From NCBI GenBank assembly GCA_038249195.1, contig JBBRWM010000005.1, positions 190,220 through 254,219 of the forward strand: a DNA stretch of 64,000 nucleotides. The letters run 5' to 3'. Origin of the DNA: Actinomycetota bacterium. Lineage in GTDB: Bacteria; Actinomycetota; UBA4738; HRBIN12. The notes under the pieces were generated by a model that saw nothing but the letters and a program-made list of their open reading frames with translations, searched no databases and had not been told where the DNA came from. The stretch's first letter is position 1. Each line of letters opens with the position of its first letter. A program made the translations under genes and the position numbers. This document shows, one piece after another, positions 60,678 to 64,000 of the stretch.

Positions 60678-61552
60678 GACGCATCCCTGCCTGCGCGGCT
60701 CGACAGCGAACGGTGGATCTCGATGTCGCCGAACGAGGTCGACGCGTGCACCTCGACCGTGGCCATCCCCGCCTCGGGACTCACAGAGTCATCAAGGCCG
60801 TTGTGCACGTTGCCGAACTTGGTATGGAGGTCGAGCCAGGCCGCGACGCCGTCGAGGACACCGACCTCGATCTGGCCGAACGCAGTCTGCGCAACGGCTG
60901 CACCACGCGCGACCTCCCCGATGCGAACGTCGCCCTTGGCCGTCTTGGCGACGACCCCTTCGTGCGCCCGATCGACGGAGATCGAACCATCGGCTGCGCT
61001 CACGCGGGCTGCACCCGATACCTCGCCGATCCAGGTGTCGCCGCTCGAGTTCTTCGTCGCGGCGGTCCCGTCGATGCTGCCGATCCGCACAGCGCCGGAG
61101 CCCGTGACGATCTCCACCTTGCCGACGGCCCGTTCCATCGTGATGTCGCCGACACCGGTCTTGAGGTTCAGGCGGCCCGTCTCGTCGAGCCGGATCTCGC
61201 CGACACCGACCTTGCACTGGCACTCGCCGAGCCGGCCGCGGCCGTGCACCGCCCCCACTCCCGCCTCGACACGCACGCGCGAGCCCTCGGGCAGACCGAT
61301 CTCGACGTCGATCGATCCGCCGCCCCGGTGCGGGCTCCATTGCCGCCAGCCGCTTTGCGCCTTGACCTGCAGGTTTCCGTTCGCGTAGTCGACGCGGGTC
61401 TGCTCGGCGGCCGTAACATCGGCCTTCTTCGTCAGGTCGCTCGGTCGCACCTCGACGGTGGTCTCGGTGCGATCGCTCGCCTCGATCCGGAGGTCCCCGA
61501 CGCCGAGCTCCACATCGACGGAGATCGGCTCGGGGGTGTCGAACGTCGCCAT
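60674..61552 (-). CDS. DUF4097 beta-strand repeat protein
   Basis: MATFDTPEPISV..., repeated KTG.GDI / GEV.G units, AWLDLHTKFGNV; GGAGG RBS. Confidence 0.82.
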   Translation of the reverse strand: MATFDTPEPISVDVELGVGDLRIEASDRTETTVEVRPSDLTKKADVTAAEQTRVDYANGNLQVKAQSGWRQWSPHRGGGSIDVEIGLPEGSRVRVEAGVGAVHGRGRLGECQCKVGVGEIRLDETGRLNLKTGVGDITMERAVGKVEIVTGSGAVRIGSIDGTAATKNSSGDTWIGEVSGAARVSAADGSISVDRAHEGVVAKTAKGDVRIGEVARGAAVAQTAFGQIEVGVLDGVAAWLDLHTKFGNVHNGLDDSVSPEAGMATVEVHASTSFGDIEIHRSLSSRAGRDAS

Positions 61553-61572
61553 GGCAGTTCCTCCTGTCTCGT

Positions 61573-62106
61573 TCATCGGGCCCAGCCCGAGTAACGCTGG
61601 GCGCCGTGTGGGGCACGTCGTTCGCGGCCGCGGATCCCTTCGCTGCGCTCGAGTCGAGCGGCGGCGGCTCGCACCAACCACGCGTTGATCGACAGCCCCT
61701 CGCGCTCGGCGGCGTGTTCGATCCCGGCCTTGAGGGTCTCGGGCATGCGGACGTTGATCCGCGAGATCGTGCCCTCGTCGCCTTCGCCCGCGGGGCGCGA
61801 AGCGACCCAGTCGCCCCGGTCCAAGTCCTCCCCTTCGGCCTCTTCCTGGACAGCCAGATCGGCTGGCGGTCGTGTCACCACGAACTGCGGCTCACGCCCT
61901 CGGAGTCGGAGCTCGACCGAGCCGGGGGCCAGCTCGACCGTGATCTCCTCCGCCGCGGCCGCCAACACGTCCTGGATCGCGAGCCGGATGGCGGCGTCCA
62001 GCGGTTGGGCGAGGCGTCTCGCGAGCTCGCGCGCCTCCTCGCCGCCCGCCTGAGCCGCGGCGTCGAGGTGCGCGTGGATGTCCCCGATGAATGGTCCCAG
62101 TTCGAT
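61573..62106 (-). CDS. Actinobacterial HicB-like ribbon-helix-helix regulator; start codon reads ATC
   Basis: (I)ELGPFIGDIHAHLDAAAQAGGEEARELARRL...ELAPGSVELRLRGREP...RINVRMPETLK..IEHAAEREGLSINAWLVRA. Confidence 0.75.
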   Translation of the reverse strand: MELGPFIGDIHAHLDAAAQAGGEEARELARRLAQPLDAAIRLAIQDVLAAAAEEITVELAPGSVELRLRGREPQFVVTRPPADLAVQEEAEGEDLDRGDWVASRPAGEGDEGTISRINVRMPETLKAGIEHAAEREGLSINAWLVRAAAARLERSEGIRGRERRAPHGAQRYSGWAR

Positions 62107-62112
62107 GGCAGC

Positions 62113-62141
62113 ATTCTGGCATCATGATAATGCCGTGTCAA
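62113..62141 (-). promoter_or_regulatory. Sigma70 promoter TTGACA-N17-CAGAAT with overlapping TGCC/GGCA repeats
   Basis: TTGACA (62141-62136), 17 nt, CAGAAT (62118-62113), 6 nt, then the ATC start, i.e. leaderless geometry. Confidence 0.75.
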
Positions 62142-62176
62142 TGCCGTTCGTGTGCCATCAGGGTCCAGGACGGCAC

Positions 62177-63046
62177 CTAGTCGGGCAGGAGCGGTACCTG
62201 AAGGCTCTGGGGGCGCCGGAGGAGCACACCGCGCGTGATGGCCGCTGATCCGAAGCGGTCGTGCACCGCGTCGAGCGTGGCGTCGATGGAAGAGGCGAGG
62301 AGGCCGTCGAACGGCAAGGCGAGCTGGATCGCGCCGTCGTCGAGGGGGTTGGTGAAGCTCACGCCGATCAGCGTGATGCCCTGATCCTGGATCATCGGCA
62401 GGGCCGCCGCGAGGAGGGCTCTGGCGGCTCCGAGCATCGTCTCGGTGTCCACCGTAGCCTCGGGAAGGGTGTGCGAGCGCGTCGCTCGGGTGAAGTCGTC
62501 GAACCGGAGGCGGAGCACGACCGTGCGGCAGACCCGGTGCGCCGATCGCAGCCTGCGCGCCAGCCGATCCACCAGGGCGATGAGGTTTGTCCAGCGCCTC
62601 ATCTGACTTCGGTCGTCGGCCGAGCGCCCGCTGGGTCCCGATCCAGCGGCGCCGGCGGCCGACGTCGACGCGCCGAGGATCCCGGTTGTGGGCGAGCGCG
62701 TGGAGGTGGCGGCCCGCGGCGCGGCCCAGGATCCGCATCGTCGAGGAACGCCTTCGCCGATCGAGAGCCCCTCAACGAAGGGCGTCGTGTCGTTGAACCT
62801 CGAACATGGCCTTGCTCGCGGCGCCGTAGGCGTCCATCCGTGGCGCCACGACGATCGCGTCCGGACACAGGCGGGAAGCCTCGAACTCGCCCATCGGGGT
62901 TCGCACGCCGTAGGCCTTCGCCTCGTAGCTGGCGGCGAGCACCACGCCGCCGCCGACGATGACGGGCGCCCCCGCAGGTTGGGATGCTCGACCGATGTGT
63001 AGAAGGAGTCGGCGTCCGCGTGCAAGATTGTGCCCTCGTTCGACAC
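62177..63046 (-). pseudogene. dinB: DNA polymerase IV, multiple frameshifts and large internal deletions
   Basis: ILHADADSFYTSVE, VLAASYEAKAYGVRTPM, TPFVEGLSI, RTVVLRLRFDDF..ATRSHTL, LDAVHDRFG scattered across frames in about 870 bp. Confidence 0.88.
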
Positions 63047-63136
63047 TGACGTAGGCTCGCTTGAGCCTCCGACATCGAGGAGGCGGCCAAGTCGTGGACC
63101 GCTATCATCGGGACCGGCACCACGGAGGGGGAAACC

Positions 63137-63577
63137 ATGAAGCGTTTCGAGGATCGGATCTCGATCAACGCGCCGGCAACTCGCGTCTTCGACTACGTCG
63201 CCGATTTCACTCGACATGGCGAATGGGGAGGACACGGCCTCGAAGCGACCAAGACGGGCGAGGGTCCCGTGGCGGTGGGATCGACCTTCTCGACGACGGC
63301 GAAACAGTTCGGGACGCAGCGCGAGCAGAGCACGGTCACCGAGGTCGTCCCCGGCACGTCGTTCGCCTGGGATTCCACGGGCGCGCTCGGCCGCGCCCAT
63401 CACGCGTTCTCGCTCTCCGAAGACGCCGGGTCGACGACGCTGACCAAGAGTGCGGAGCTCGTCGAGCCGACCTTCCTGGCGAAGCTCACGGGCTGGAAGC
63501 TCTCGAGGGACATACCCAAGGGCCTCCACAGCGACCTCGCCAACATCAAGGCCAACGTGGAAGGGTCCGCGACCTGA
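63137..63577 (+). CDS. SRPBCC (START/polyketide cyclase-like) protein
   Basis: ISINAPATRVFDYVADF..HGEW...DLANIKA; GGAGG RBS. Confidence 0.85.
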   Translation: MKRFEDRISINAPATRVFDYVADFTRHGEWGGHGLEATKTGEGPVAVGSTFSTTAKQFGTQREQSTVTEVVPGTSFAWDSTGALGRAHHAFSLSEDAGSTTLTKSAELVEPTFLAKLTGWKLSRDIPKGLHSDLANIKANVEGSAT

Positions 63578-63589
63578 CCTAACCACGGC

Positions 63590-63757
63590 ATGATCGGTCG
63601 GCCCAGCGTGACCAGACGGACGTTCCGCGCGGCCGAGCGCCAGCCCATCGCGCGCGCGGCGGGCGAGTAGTCGATCGCGCCCGGAGGAAGCCGAACGGAC
63701 AGCGCCTGCGACCTGATCGAGAACGAGCGGCGGATCCATCGCGAGCGCCTCCCCCGT
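63590..63757 (-). pseudogene. Possible C-terminal fragment of a diacylglycerol-kinase-family protein
   Basis: GEALAMDPPL / frameshift / FSIRSQALSVRLPPGAIDYSPAA. Confidence 0.4.
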
Positions 63758-64000
63758 CCAGTCCAACGTCAGACGGGCGATCCCGAGGACACTTCGAAGG
63801 AAGGCGCCGATTACGAACGCAGCCTCAGACGTGGACGGGGTAGCTGTACCTGATCCTGGCCGACGCGATGGCGCATTCAGAGGTGGGCGGCGCGTGCACG
63901 TGCAGGATCGACTGGGTGGGCGTGTGACGCAGGGTCTTGTGGCACCCGTAGTAGCCGCCATCGATCCCGAACGAGACCGACCTGATCCGTTGTCCCGGCT

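Noticed and set aside
62177-63961. 594-aa minus-strand ORF
   Set aside because: It threads the antisense of the SRPBCC gene and parts of the dinB pseudogene; not a coherent protein.
34260-64000. Classical integrative element or prophage at tRNA-Tyr
   Set aside because: No integrase, phage or conjugation genes, and no duplicate of the tRNA 3' end noticed within the window; these could lie beyond it.

Overview
High-GC actinobacterial-type chromosomal window (taxonomy inferred from gene content and synteny) with two very different halves. Positions 1-34.3 kb are an intact respiratory core. It holds a fused heme A synthase/heme O synthase (ctaA-ctaB, running off the window), prenyl and menaquinone-tail genes, and a perfect Rex box ahead of a geranylgeranyl-reductase + nuoA-N operon. 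It continues with a second 10-gene complex-I-like operon (nuoABC-HIJKLMN, no D/E/F/G), htpX, a PLP aminotransferase/decarboxylase pair, yajQ, an amidohydrolase and tRNA-Tyr(GTA). Positions 34.3-64 kb, downstream of the tRNA, are an accessory, partly decayed mosaic with no visible integrase. They include a type IV (AbiEi/AbiEii, MenA4/MenT4-like) toxin-antitoxin pair, two HIT proteins, a nucleotidyltransferase, an APH-family kinase, a P1B-5-type ATPase, two GH15 enzymes, several frameshifted genes and about ten short fragments of unrelated genes wedged into spacers. The best candidate for an undescribed system is at 51.6-60.1 kb. Four intergenic copies of (G/A)GGAAT-N17-CGTCC sit ahead of a TlpA-like thioredoxin, a DUF3179 lipoprotein, an operon (Met/His-rich membrane protein + Tes/GDGT-MAS-like multi-cluster radical SAM enzyme + Cys-rich methyltransferase), and a SigH/SigR-like ECF sigma with its zinc anti-sigma. 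This looks like a self-contained, probably thiol/metal-responsive regulon. All family calls come from motif recognition, not database searches.
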